Below, one piece after another: positions 40,717 to 49,122 of a DNA stretch of 64,000 bases. Position numbers and translations under genes: made by a program. Origin of the DNA: an uncultured Pelagibacteraceae bacterium (GTDB lineage Bacteria; Pseudomonadota; Alphaproteobacteria; Pelagibacterales; Pelagibacteraceae). The notes beneath the pieces are model-generated. The model searched no databases. It had not been told where the DNA came from and saw only the letters and a program-made list of their open reading frames with translations. The stretch is from positions 13,728 to 77,727 of the forward strand of contig CACKTW010000002.1 in the NCBI GenBank assembly GCA_902603215.1, in the 5' to 3' direction. Positions within the stretch are counted from its first letter, which is position 1. Every line of letters begins with the position of its first letter.

Positions 40717-42270
40717 TTAATCTATCACCCTTGGTGCTAAAAAGATTAGCAATTCTGTAAGTTTATCTGATCTGTTTTTGCTTTTGAACAAATTACCCAA
40801 TACAGGTACTTTACTAAGACCTGGAGTTCTGGTTCTTGTATCAGCTAATGTGTTAATTTTAATTCCACCGATAACCACGATATCTCCATCACTGACCAAT
40901 AATTTTGTAGTAATTTCATTTGTCTTTATTGCTGGCTCATCCGCACCAGATACTGTGGTTGGAGAATCATTATTAACAATTATATCTAATAGGACGTTTC
41001 CATCTCCAATGATACTTGGAGTTACAGTTAAAGATAGAGCAGCCTCCTTAAATTCTGTAGTAGTAGTTCCGTCAGATGTGGTTTGATAAGGAATTTGTGT
41101 ACCTTGTGTAATTTTTGCTTGTTGATTATTCAAGGTAAAAACGCTTGGACTTGAAACTATTTTGTTTTTATCCAAAGATTCCAAGGCCTCAAGTTCTATT
41201 TTTAAAGCTCCTGTCCCTAACGTTTTTATAATCCCAATACCGCTAGTTGCGCCTGTAATGGAATTATTTGTAACTGTACCAGCGGCAGAGCCCAGAGCAA
41301 TTCCGCCTGCCGTAGTTGCTGCTCCACCAACTGTACCAGTTATAATTTCAGATCCTTTTTCACCTGAAACACCTTTCTCTGTCATAGCTCCAATTCTGGT
41401 TCCTAAAGCTTTTTGAAAGGTTGAATCGGCTTCAACAATAAAAGCCTCTATTAAAACCTGCTTAGTTTTTACATCAATTTCTCTAATAACAGCATCAATC
41501 ACATCAAGATCTGGTTTATGTCCTCTAACAATAATTGAACGTGTAGTATTTTCTACCGTTATTTTAAGATTGCTCATGGTCGTTGCTCCCTCAGCACCTT
41601 GGGTAGCAAACAAATCTTCCAGGGTAGTTTTAGCCTGTTCAGGGCTGATGTAATACAATCTAAATATCTCAGCTAAGATGGGTTCTACCGATTCTTCCAA
41701 TTGAATTTTTTTCTTTAAAACCTCAGCTCTGGCCGATTTAAAAGTTTCTTGGGTTGTTAATTTTTCTGGCGTGTGAACTCTGATAATTCCATTAGAGACA
41801 TCAACATCGGCTCCTAAAGTTTTCATATCTAACAGTGTTTGAAAAGCAACATCCCAACCCACATTTTCTAATTTAGCAGTTACTGTTCCACTAATTTCAT
41901 CACCCACTAAAATATTAATATCTCCAATTTCTGCCATTAAAGCCATTGCAAAACTGAAATCGACATTATTAAAGTTTAAACTTACTTCTTGTTTAAGATT
42001 TCCATATTCATCGGGTATGGTCACATAATTTCTAACATTTTCAGTCGTGATGGTCTTTCTTTTATCTGCTCTAATATCAAAGTCAGGATCGTAAGGTTTA
42101 GGTCCTGCTTTTACTAATGCATCCATTTCTTCTCGACCTTTAACCACAACATCAGATGGTTTTATTAATGGTTCCTCACCATGAACAGATTTTTTACCTT
42201 TAGTCGTGGTACAAGAAGTAATTAAACCCATTATAAAAAATAATAAAATAATTTTTGAAATTGTTTTCAT
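40717..42270 (-). CDS. pilQ: type IV pilus secretin PilQ with a lipoprotein signal
   Basis: 517-aa ORF. It has the lipobox LITS|C, an N0/STN-like domain (VSLNFNNVDFSFAMALMAEIGDINILV..) and a C-terminal secretin domain (VPVLGNLFKSKNRSDKLTELLIFLAPRVI). Confidence 0.85.
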   Translation of the reverse strand: MKTISKIILLFFIMGLITSCTTTKGKKSVHGEEPLIKPSDVVVKGREEMDALVKAGPKPYDPDFDIRADKRKTITTENVRNYVTIPDEYGNLKQEVSLNFNNVDFSFAMALMAEIGDINILVGDEISGTVTAKLENVGWDVAFQTLLDMKTLGADVDVSNGIIRVHTPEKLTTQETFKSARAEVLKKKIQLEESVEPILAEIFRLYYISPEQAKTTLEDLFATQGAEGATTMSNLKITVENTTRSIIVRGHKPDLDVIDAVIREIDVKTKQVLIEAFIVEADSTFQKALGTRIGAMTEKGVSGEKGSEIITGTVGGAATTAGGIALGSAAGTVTNNSITGATSGIGIIKTLGTGALKIELEALESLDKNKIVSSPSVFTLNNQQAKITQGTQIPYQTTSDGTTTTEFKEAALSLTVTPSIIGDGNVLLDIIVNNDSPTTVSGADEPAIKTNEITTKLLVSDGDIVVIGGIKINTLADTRTRTPGLSKVPVLGNLFKSKNRSDKLTELLIFLAPRVID

Positions 42271-42273
42271 AAA

Positions 42274-42702
42274 TTAATTTCCTTCCCTGGGTTTTATTTT
42301 ATTATTCATATAAACTTCAAATTCTTCTTCACTATTTACTCTGATGACAATTAAATCATTGTAAATTTCAACAATTTGAATATCATTTGAAATAAATTCA
42401 TCTTCTCCAAATTTTAATGCACGTCCATCAGGCATAGATAAAATAACAAGTTTTTCATGCACTCCAGAAATAGTTCCAATTAACTTCATGTTGTTAATAA
42501 CCGAACTGCTAACTCCAAATCCTGTTGTGGTATCTCCGCTTGCATCTTGTGAAGTTGCTCCGGTTCCAAATGGATCTATTGCGGGTAATTCCTCATCATC
42601 AATTTGCTGGGTATCATCAGCATTAACATTTGGCAAAAATGATAGTTGCAACAATAAGATTATTGCAAAAATAATTCGATTTTTTTTATTGATTATATTC
42701 AT
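42274..42702 (-). CDS. pilP: PilP-like pilus assembly protein
   Basis: 142-aa ORF with a signal peptide, a disordered Asp/Thr-rich linker and a C-terminal beta-domain (KLIGTISGVHEKLVILSMPDGRALKFGEDEFI). It sits between pilO and pilQ. Confidence 0.5.
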   Translation of the reverse strand: MNIINKKNRIIFAIILLLQLSFLPNVNADDTQQIDDEELPAIDPFGTGATSQDASGDTTTGFGVSSSVINNMKLIGTISGVHEKLVILSMPDGRALKFGEDEFISNDIQIVEIYNDLIVIRVNSEEEFEVYMNNKIKPREGN

Positions 42703-43342
42703 CAGGTAATCCTACAATTGAAATGGTGCCTTCTGAGACAATGGTTCCAGATTTTACATCAACCGTTATTGTTTCTTTATCATAATTAATTACTTTACTT
42801 GACTTTGATAATGCTCTTCTAAATTTTAAATACCCTAAATAATTGCCTTGAATTTTATAATTTACTGGAATTTTATAATACAAAGCTTGTTGGCCTTCTG
42901 TATTTTCTCCAGAATTTTCAGCTTCGCCTGCTGGTTCAGGCTCTCCTTTTTTAATATTGATAATGCTTAAACTATTTGTCATAGCATAATTACTTATGTT
43001 TTGATAAAGATCCTCCACTTCTTTTTTGCTGTGAAATAGCTTACTGCTTTTTTTATATCTCGGTTCAAGTTCTTTAACTCTAGCTTCAAGAGTGTTGATA
43101 TTACTCAAATATTCATCAACTTTACTCTGATTTTCATTCATAACATCAAGTCTTTCTTTTTGAGCACTAATTACAGGTGAGACAAAAACATAATAAATAA
43201 TTAAAAAAATTAATATAGCACCACCTATCGATCCAAATTTAATTAGTGTTTTTTTATCCTTTAAAAGACCTGCACCACCGCCACTTTTTATTTTTTCTAT
43301 GAGATCTTTTACATCCAAATTTTTTAAAGCAGCTAAATCCAT
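42686..43342 (-). CDS. pilO: PilO-like pilus assembly protein
   Basis: 218-aa bitopic ORF with one TM helix, a coiled coil (ERLDVMNENQSKVDEYLSNINTLEARVKELE) and a C-terminal domain. The call rests on synteny. Confidence 0.55.
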   Translation of the reverse strand: MDLAALKNLDVKDLIEKIKSGGGAGLLKDKKTLIKFGSIGGAILIFLIIYYVFVSPVISAQKERLDVMNENQSKVDEYLSNINTLEARVKELEPRYKKSSKLFHSKKEVEDLYQNISNYAMTNSLSIINIKKGEPEPAGEAENSGENTEGQQALYYKIPVNYKIQGNYLGYLKFRRALSKSSKVINYDKETITVDVKSGTIVSEGTISIVGLPDEYNQ

Positions 43343-45462
43343 TAAACTCCTTTTAATTTACAAAGTATTGTAAATCCCTTTTTGTTTGAAGATGATTGTT
43401 CTGTTTCTGCTGTTCCAACATTCATATCAACTAATGATGCTTGCGCAATAAGTGATTTTTCATTCAAGTTACTAATAAAATTTAGTATGTCTTGATCAGA
43501 AAATGCAGAACCTTGAATGGTAACATTTGTTGACCCATCAAATTCTAATTTAGAAAACTGTACTCGTACCGGAACGCTCCGTGTAATTTGGGCTAAAGCA
43601 CGATATGAGCCTATTTGATTGGAGTTAACTTTTTTTCCAAGTTTTAAAGCCGATTCCATTTCATTTTTTTGCTTCATTAACTTAGAATATCTCGCGTTCA
43701 CTCTGTCAAATTCACCTTGGGCTTGATCAAATGCTAAAAGTTTCTCTTTATTTGAATGATAGTTAAAATAAGAAAAACAAATCAATATTAAATAGATTCC
43801 TGCTATGGCTCCAGCTAAACCTTTAAAAGCAAATCCTGACAAAAACTTAATTCTATTTTGTTGTCTAACTACATCACGATTTGGCAATAAATTAATATTT
43901 TTTACAGCAGTAACAAATTTATAATAACCAAAAACATCTAACTTACGAAAAGCCAATCCTAATACTGATGTTAAAGGTGATCGGTTATCAAGATTTGTTT
44001 TTTCCTGATTGTATGCTGGAACCGTTACTTGAAATAAAGGATCAAAAATTTTAAATGCAGTAGTGGGTAGATTTTTTGAAAATAAAGGAATTAGATCTTT
44101 AATATTTTTTAAATTACTGACAACATCTATTCTATTAATTTTAGCCTCATATTTGGTTTCATATTCGCTAATAGCCTGTTTAATCTGCATCGAATACCTT
44201 CTAATAACATTCCTTGATTCGTCGTTTCCTTGGTTTGGGTTAGCATTAATTATGCTTTCCTTTTCTGGAGATCTTAAAAAAATATCTGTAATGATAGGAA
44301 TGTTGTTATGAATAATCATAAAATAATTTTCTTCTGCTCCAAATTCCATTAGTGCAGAACTTGCCTTCTGTGCTCCGCCTATGGAAAGATTATCGAATGC
44401 ATTTTTTAGAGTAAAACATCTTACATCCATAATAACTGGGTTAAGATTTGCTTTTTTAATAATTCCTGAAAAGGCATTTACATCGGAAAGTTTGGATGCA
44501 ACGAAAAGAATATCCATAGTATTATTTTTTGGATTTCGGTTAATAACTTGATGAAAAACAGAATAATCATTAAGATTATCAGCTAATTGGACTAGATTTT
44601 CCCAAAGAGAATCGGTTTCGATGGCTTTTGTTAATTCCTCCTCTGTCATAAGAGGGCTTGTAACAACACGAATAATGGCGCTAGTAACGGGTATTGAAAG
44701 AGCAACATTGGTGGATATAATCTTCGCATTAGCTAAGGCCAACTTAATTTCTTCTGATAAATAATCTTTGTGCTCAATTAAATTTTCACTAATCTTTTCT
44801 TGATCAAGTAAACGGTATGAAAATTTGTCTAAGATCCATTTTCCTTTATTATCTTTAGTAACTTGAGCGACGCGAACAGCTTGACTTGTAATATCCACTC
44901 CCACAATTTCCTCTCCGGCTACGCTCATTTTACTAACTTTGGATTTGAAAAAACCTTGTAAATTTTGTGCAAACTTACTTGTTTTTTTTATTTTAGATCC
45001 TTCAGATGCAGGGTTTTTTTTACCAAAACTAGGTTTTGAAATTTTTATATTTTTTAATTTTTCAAAGATGCTTGAACTTGATTTTGTCGTTTCAAAGGAT
45101 TGTTGTGGATTTTCAGTTGGAGCAATTTCTGCTTTTTCAGGTTTTGTTGGTTGTGAAGAAATTTTTTCTTCAACAATTTTAGGTGGGGGATCAACCATTT
45201 TGGATACGACTTCTTCTCCTTGAGGAGGCTTACTTTCAGTTAATGGCTGATCTTTTTCTTCAGATGAAACCTGCAAATCATCGTACCATTTTTCTAAAAT
45301 AGGTATGGCTTCCTCTAAATTAGTCGTTCCTGATGAAACGATCTTCTGCTTGCCATTTATGTAGGTTCTTCCTACCCAATTGTGAGATTTCAACTCACCT
45401 TTGTATTTATCTTGCCTTACGTATATATGGAGTCTCCCATTTTTCTTGTGAATTGTCTCCAT
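43342..45462 (-). CDS. fused PilM-PilN with a ~170-aa N-terminal extension
   Basis: 706-aa ORF. Residues ~183-515 are a PilM-like actin-fold region (EIVGVDITSQAVRVAQV..). Residues 523-527 are INLLP, the canonical PilN N-terminal motif. Residues ~541-566 are a TM helix, followed by a coiled coil and a PilN C-domain. Residues 1-62 form a small folded-looking domain and residues 63-170 a Pro/Glu/Ser/Lys-rich linker. Confidence 0.7.
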   Translation of the reverse strand: METIHKKNGRLHIYVRQDKYKGELKSHNWVGRTYINGKQKIVSSGTTNLEEAIPILEKWYDDLQVSSEEKDQPLTESKPPQGEEVVSKMVDPPPKIVEEKISSQPTKPEKAEIAPTENPQQSFETTKSSSSIFEKLKNIKISKPSFGKKNPASEGSKIKKTSKFAQNLQGFFKSKVSKMSVAGEEIVGVDITSQAVRVAQVTKDNKGKWILDKFSYRLLDQEKISENLIEHKDYLSEEIKLALANAKIISTNVALSIPVTSAIIRVVTSPLMTEEELTKAIETDSLWENLVQLADNLNDYSVFHQVINRNPKNNTMDILFVASKLSDVNAFSGIIKKANLNPVIMDVRCFTLKNAFDNLSIGGAQKASSALMEFGAEENYFMIIHNNIPIITDIFLRSPEKESIINANPNQGNDESRNVIRRYSMQIKQAISEYETKYEAKINRIDVVSNLKNIKDLIPLFSKNLPTTAFKIFDPLFQVTVPAYNQEKTNLDNRSPLTSVLGLAFRKLDVFGYYKFVTAVKNINLLPNRDVVRQQNRIKFLSGFAFKGLAGAIAGIYLILICFSYFNYHSNKEKLLAFDQAQGEFDRVNARYSKLMKQKNEMESALKLGKKVNSNQIGSYRALAQITRSVPVRVQFSKLEFDGSTNVTIQGSAFSDQDILNFISNLNEKSLIAQASLVDMNVGTAETEQSSSNKKGFTILCKLKGV

Positions 45463-45490
45463 TAGGACCCCCTGAGTTTAAATTTATAAA

Positions 45491-45894
45491 CTCTTACACA
45501 AAATTAGATATCTCTAACACAATTCTCTAACACAACTTTATTCTTAAGTCTAACACAAAAATAGATTTATTTTATCATATTTCAATAAAATCAATAAATT
45601 CAACAAAATTTAGATTAATAAATTTTATAGCATTTAGATAAAAATTAATAAAACTCTAACACAAAAAACTTTAATCATTTAGTTTAAATTGTGTTAGAGT
45701 TTAACCATCCGCTCTATAAATTGAAAAAATGTTATTTTTATCAATAAAAACCTATATGAATAGGGCTTTTTGCTTGATTTTAAATATACACATCATTATT
45801 TTTAATAAATATTATAGATTTTGTGTTAGAGTTTATATGAAGCAAATTTTCTTGTGTTAGAGTTTATTAACTCTATAGAGTTTTTGTGTTAGAG
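45491..45894. promoter_or_regulatory. nine copies of a TGTGTTAGAG(TTT) motif in two mirror-oriented clusters within the pilMN/pilT divergent spacer
   Basis: Read directly. CTCTAACACA on the + strand lies at 45512-21, 45525-34 and 45654-63, with variants at 45491-500 (CTCTTACACA) and 45548-57 (GTCTAACACA). TGTGTTAGAG on the + strand lies at 45690-99, 45822-31, 45853-62 and 45885-94. Confidence 0.55.
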
Positions 45895-46173
45895 TTCTTG
45901 TTTTTAATTGATATTATTAAATAATTGATAGAAAACTAAATAAATACCGTATTATAGAGCATTTAATCTATTTTGCAGTAAAATAAGGCTTTATTTGTAT
46001 TTACTATTAAAAAACCTATCTTTATGGGGTTTTTTATCTCCTATCTAAAATAATATTAAAAAGCCTTAAAAATAAGGAAAATTTAAAATATCAAGTAAAA
46101 TACAACGTTTTCTAAAATGGGCAAAAAGGCTCGGGTATGTAATAATCCACCAATAAATTATACTATTTCAATC

Positions 46174-47187
46174 ATGATAAATAAAATCACAGAGCTTGCT
46201 AAAAAAAATTTAAAAATCTCAGATTTTCACCTTAGAGGAGGCTCTGACATTGCCTGTCGTATTATGGGTGAAATTGTCATTGAAAAAAATTCGAAAATTG
46301 AAAGTAAAGATATTGATGATCTATTAAAAAATAATTGTACTGAAGAGGAAATTAATATTTTCAAAACAAAAAAGGAATTGGATTGTGCTGTTATGTTGGG
46401 TGATCTTAGATTCAGAGCTAATTTTTACAAAACGCTCAAAGGTCCCGCTGCGGTGCTTAGAAGGGTTGAAACTAAAATTCCAAAAATGGATAATCTTAAT
46501 TTGCCACCAGTTCTTTTTGAGTTGATCGATGCTCATAAAGGTTTGGTTTTGGTTACGGGACCCACGGGATCTGGAAAATCTACTACGTTGGCTGCCATTA
46601 TCAATCAAATAAACGAAACAAGATCAGCCAACATTATTACTATCGAAGATCCTGTAGAATTTATTCATAAAGATAATAAAAGTATTGTCTCTCAAAGAGA
46701 AGTTGGAAAACAAACAGAAAGCTTTGCAAGGGCTTTAAAGGGTGCGTTGAGGGAAGATCCTGACGTTATCCTGGTTGGTGAGCTAAGAGACCTAGAGACC
46801 ATAGGAATGGCTCTTACGGCAGCTGAGACAGGGCATTTAGTCTTCGGAACCCTCCATACGAGCGGAGCACCTAATACCATAAATAGAATAATTGATGTTT
46901 TTCCTCCTGAACAACAAGATCAAATTCGCGCCCAGATTGCAGAATCTCTTAAGATGGTAATTACCCAGAAGTTATATAAGAAAAAAGACGGCTCAGGACG
47001 AATTGGTGCCTTCGAAGTGATGGTTTGTACCCCGCCAATTAAGAACTTAATCCGAGAAGCAAAGATTCACCAGATACCAAGTGTGATGCAAACTTCCCAA
47101 AGAGAAGGTATGATCACTATGGAAAAATCAATCGAAGGATTAATTGGAACAGGAACCATAAGCAATGCTGAAACAAAAGGAAAATAA
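46174..47187 (+). CDS. pilT: twitching-motility retraction ATPase PilT
   Basis: The track ORF starts at 46117, but the family-typical N-terminus (MINKITELAKKNLKISDFHL) begins at the ATG at 46174. It has Walker A (GPTGSGKSTT) and the PilT signature PIKNLIREAKIHQI (AIRNLIRE-like). Confidence 0.9.
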   Translation: MINKITELAKKNLKISDFHLRGGSDIACRIMGEIVIEKNSKIESKDIDDLLKNNCTEEEINIFKTKKELDCAVMLGDLRFRANFYKTLKGPAAVLRRVETKIPKMDNLNLPPVLFELIDAHKGLVLVTGPTGSGKSTTLAAIINQINETRSANIITIEDPVEFIHKDNKSIVSQREVGKQTESFARALKGALREDPDVILVGELRDLETIGMALTAAETGHLVFGTLHTSGAPNTINRIIDVFPPEQQDQIRAQIAESLKMVITQKLYKKKDGSGRIGAFEVMVCTPPIKNLIREAKIHQIPSVMQTSQREGMITMEKSIEGLIGTGTISNAETKGK

Positions 47188-47866
47188 AGCTTTTACACTT
47201 ATCGAAATACTAGTCGTTATAGTCATTATAATAATTTTTGTAATCTTTGCGGCACCTAATTTAACGAACTACGCAACTGAACGCGAAGTTAAACAAGAAG
47301 TTTATAGTTTTGTAGAATACTTCGAGGAAAAAAAAGCGGAAGTTCAATCTGGCAAATATGGTGTGCTAGTAATCGGACAAACTTCTCCTGAACAAGACAA
47401 AAGTTACAACTGGTATATGACACCCGAAGAATTTGCTATCCAACTAAAAATCCCTGCGCCAGGAAGAACAAATAGAAATAATGCATCAAATTACAATAAC
47501 AAAAGTATTATGAATTATCATAGGATGTGTCCCGGTTCTCCCCAGAACAGCCCTGATGGAAGATGGACAAAAGATAGTGCTGACGCTTTTCAATGGTCAG
47601 ACAAAGTTTATACTTGGCCGAATAAAAAATATTGTGTAACGAAAGATGCATATCTGCATCCTGGTGAACTTGAATTTAATGTGACCTCTGCTGAAAAAGC
47701 AAGTTTTCTTATCTGCTCAAGAAAAAACACTACTCACCCTAGTGGAAGTAATCGCTGTAATTTCAATAACAAAAATGATTTTCGTTATGCCATACAAATT
47801 GCAAGAGATTTAAAACTGAAAGTTTATAAGTATAATTTAAAGAAAGACAAATGGATATTGCAGTAA
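47165..47866 (+). CDS. FimT/GspH-like minor pilin
   Basis: 233 aa. Prepilin leader MLKQKENKA|FTLIEILVVIVII with Glu+5. It overlaps the pilT 3' end by 23 nt and is first in the minor-pilin operon. Confidence 0.55.
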   Translation: MLKQKENKAFTLIEILVVIVIIIIFVIFAAPNLTNYATEREVKQEVYSFVEYFEEKKAEVQSGKYGVLVIGQTSPEQDKSYNWYMTPEEFAIQLKIPAPGRTNRNNASNYNNKSIMNYHRMCPGSPQNSPDGRWTKDSADAFQWSDKVYTWPNKKYCVTKDAYLHPGELEFNVTSAEKASFLICSRKNTTHPSGSNRCNFNNKNDFRYAIQIARDLKLKVYKYNLKKDKWILQ

Positions 47867-48337
47867 ATGAAATCAAACAAAGGGCTAACATTAAAAGGGC
47901 TAACATTAATTGAATCGCTTGTCTGCTTAGTAATTATTGGAATTGGATTTATAGCCGTTAATCAACTTATAACTTTTGCCGTAAGCTCCATGGATCGCTC
48001 CATGGAAAGAACTAAAGTTAATTTTTTATCCGAAATGGTTATCGAAGATATGATAGGAGATACAAATAATGCTTCAAGTTATGTATTCAATGAGCAATGT
48101 TCACATTCTACAGGAAACACTTCTAATCTTTCTGATAAACAAAAAAATAAGTGGAGAGAAAGATTTCAGGCCAAAAATCAAATAAGGATTCTTGAAAACC
48201 ATGTCTGGAAAGAAAAGAAACCAAGATGTCTTTCAGGCGATGGGAAAAGATCTTATGTGGATGCAACTACAGGAAGGTTTATTTTTAAAACAAACAAAGG
48301 AAAAAGAAAAAAATATTTGGGGGTCGGTTTTAAATGA
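47867..48337 (+). CDS. PilV-like minor pilin
   Basis: 156 aa. Leader MKSNKGLTLKG|LTLIESLVCLVIIGIGF; the position fits the fimT-pilV-pilW-pilX order. Confidence 0.5.
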   Translation: MKSNKGLTLKGLTLIESLVCLVIIGIGFIAVNQLITFAVSSMDRSMERTKVNFLSEMVIEDMIGDTNNASSYVFNEQCSHSTGNTSNLSDKQKNKWRERFQAKNQIRILENHVWKEKKPRCLSGDGKRSYVDATTGRFIFKTNKGKRKKYLGVGFK

Positions 48338-49122
48338 AAATTAAAAAAAATTCAGCCTTCACTTTAATTGAAACAATGATAGCACTCGTTATTTCGTTAA
48401 TAGCTGTTGGCGCTATATATTATTCTTATCTTTTTTTTAAAAGTTCTTATCAATCCATTTTGGATAAGGCTGCTATGAGCGATTCTGGAAGAGTTTCTCT
48501 TTCTGTTATTTCGAAAGATTTAAGAAATGCAGGTTATAAAGACATAAATTTCAGCAGGGCTTTTGACAGAAAAATTGAACATGTGGATAAATATAATGGC
48601 AAAGAATCCGATTCCCTTGTCATTTGGTACAACACATCCCCAAATGAAAGACTAAGAATAAGATATTTTTTAAAAAAATATCCAACAGGTAGTGATATGT
48701 TTCTTGCTCGAGAGGTTGTTGAAAATCCGACAAGCGGACCGAAATTTAGATATTGCGAAAGATATTCGAGTCAAAAAAATTGCCTACCTCAAAATATAGT
48801 TCCGTTTGTTACAGACTTTCAAATAGTTCTAAATGATGTCAATGGTAACGAGATAAAGCCCGTGTGCGAAAAAGATATAGCTACTGTGTCAAATGCCGCT
48901 CCATTAGGACGTGGTAGCTGCTCTACAGCTGGAGACAATAAGCAAGAAGAAGTACATACAGCAGAAATTTATTTAACAGTAAGATCTCCTAATCCAATAA
49001 ATAAAACAGAAAAAAAATATAGAATTGAAAATGCTAATTGGGATCAAACTCTACCACCGGACAGATACCACCGGGAAACATTTTATATCAGTGTCTATTT
49101 AAGAAATATTGTAAAGATGTAA
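48334..49122 (+). CDS. PilW-like minor pilin
   Basis: 262 aa. Leader MKIKKNSA|FTLIETMIALVISLIAVGAIYY; size and order fit PilW. Confidence 0.5.
   Translation: MKIKKNSAFTLIETMIALVISLIAVGAIYYSYLFFKSSYQSILDKAAMSDSGRVSLSVISKDLRNAGYKDINFSRAFDRKIEHVDKYNGKESDSLVIWYNTSPNERLRIRYFLKKYPTGSDMFLAREVVENPTSGPKFRYCERYSSQKNCLPQNIVPFVTDFQIVLNDVNGNEIKPVCEKDIATVSNAAPLGRGSCSTAGDNKQEEVHTAEIYLTVRSPNPINKTEKKYRIENANWDQTLPPDRYHRETFYISVYLRNIVKM

Noticed and set aside
45491-45894. Possibility that the repeated 10-nt motif region is a CRISPR array or a mobile-element terminal repeat set
   Set aside because: The repeats are only 10-16 nt long, irregularly spaced (13-130 bp) and present in both orientations. There are no cas genes, transposase or flanking target-site duplication. 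Treated instead as a regulatory site array.
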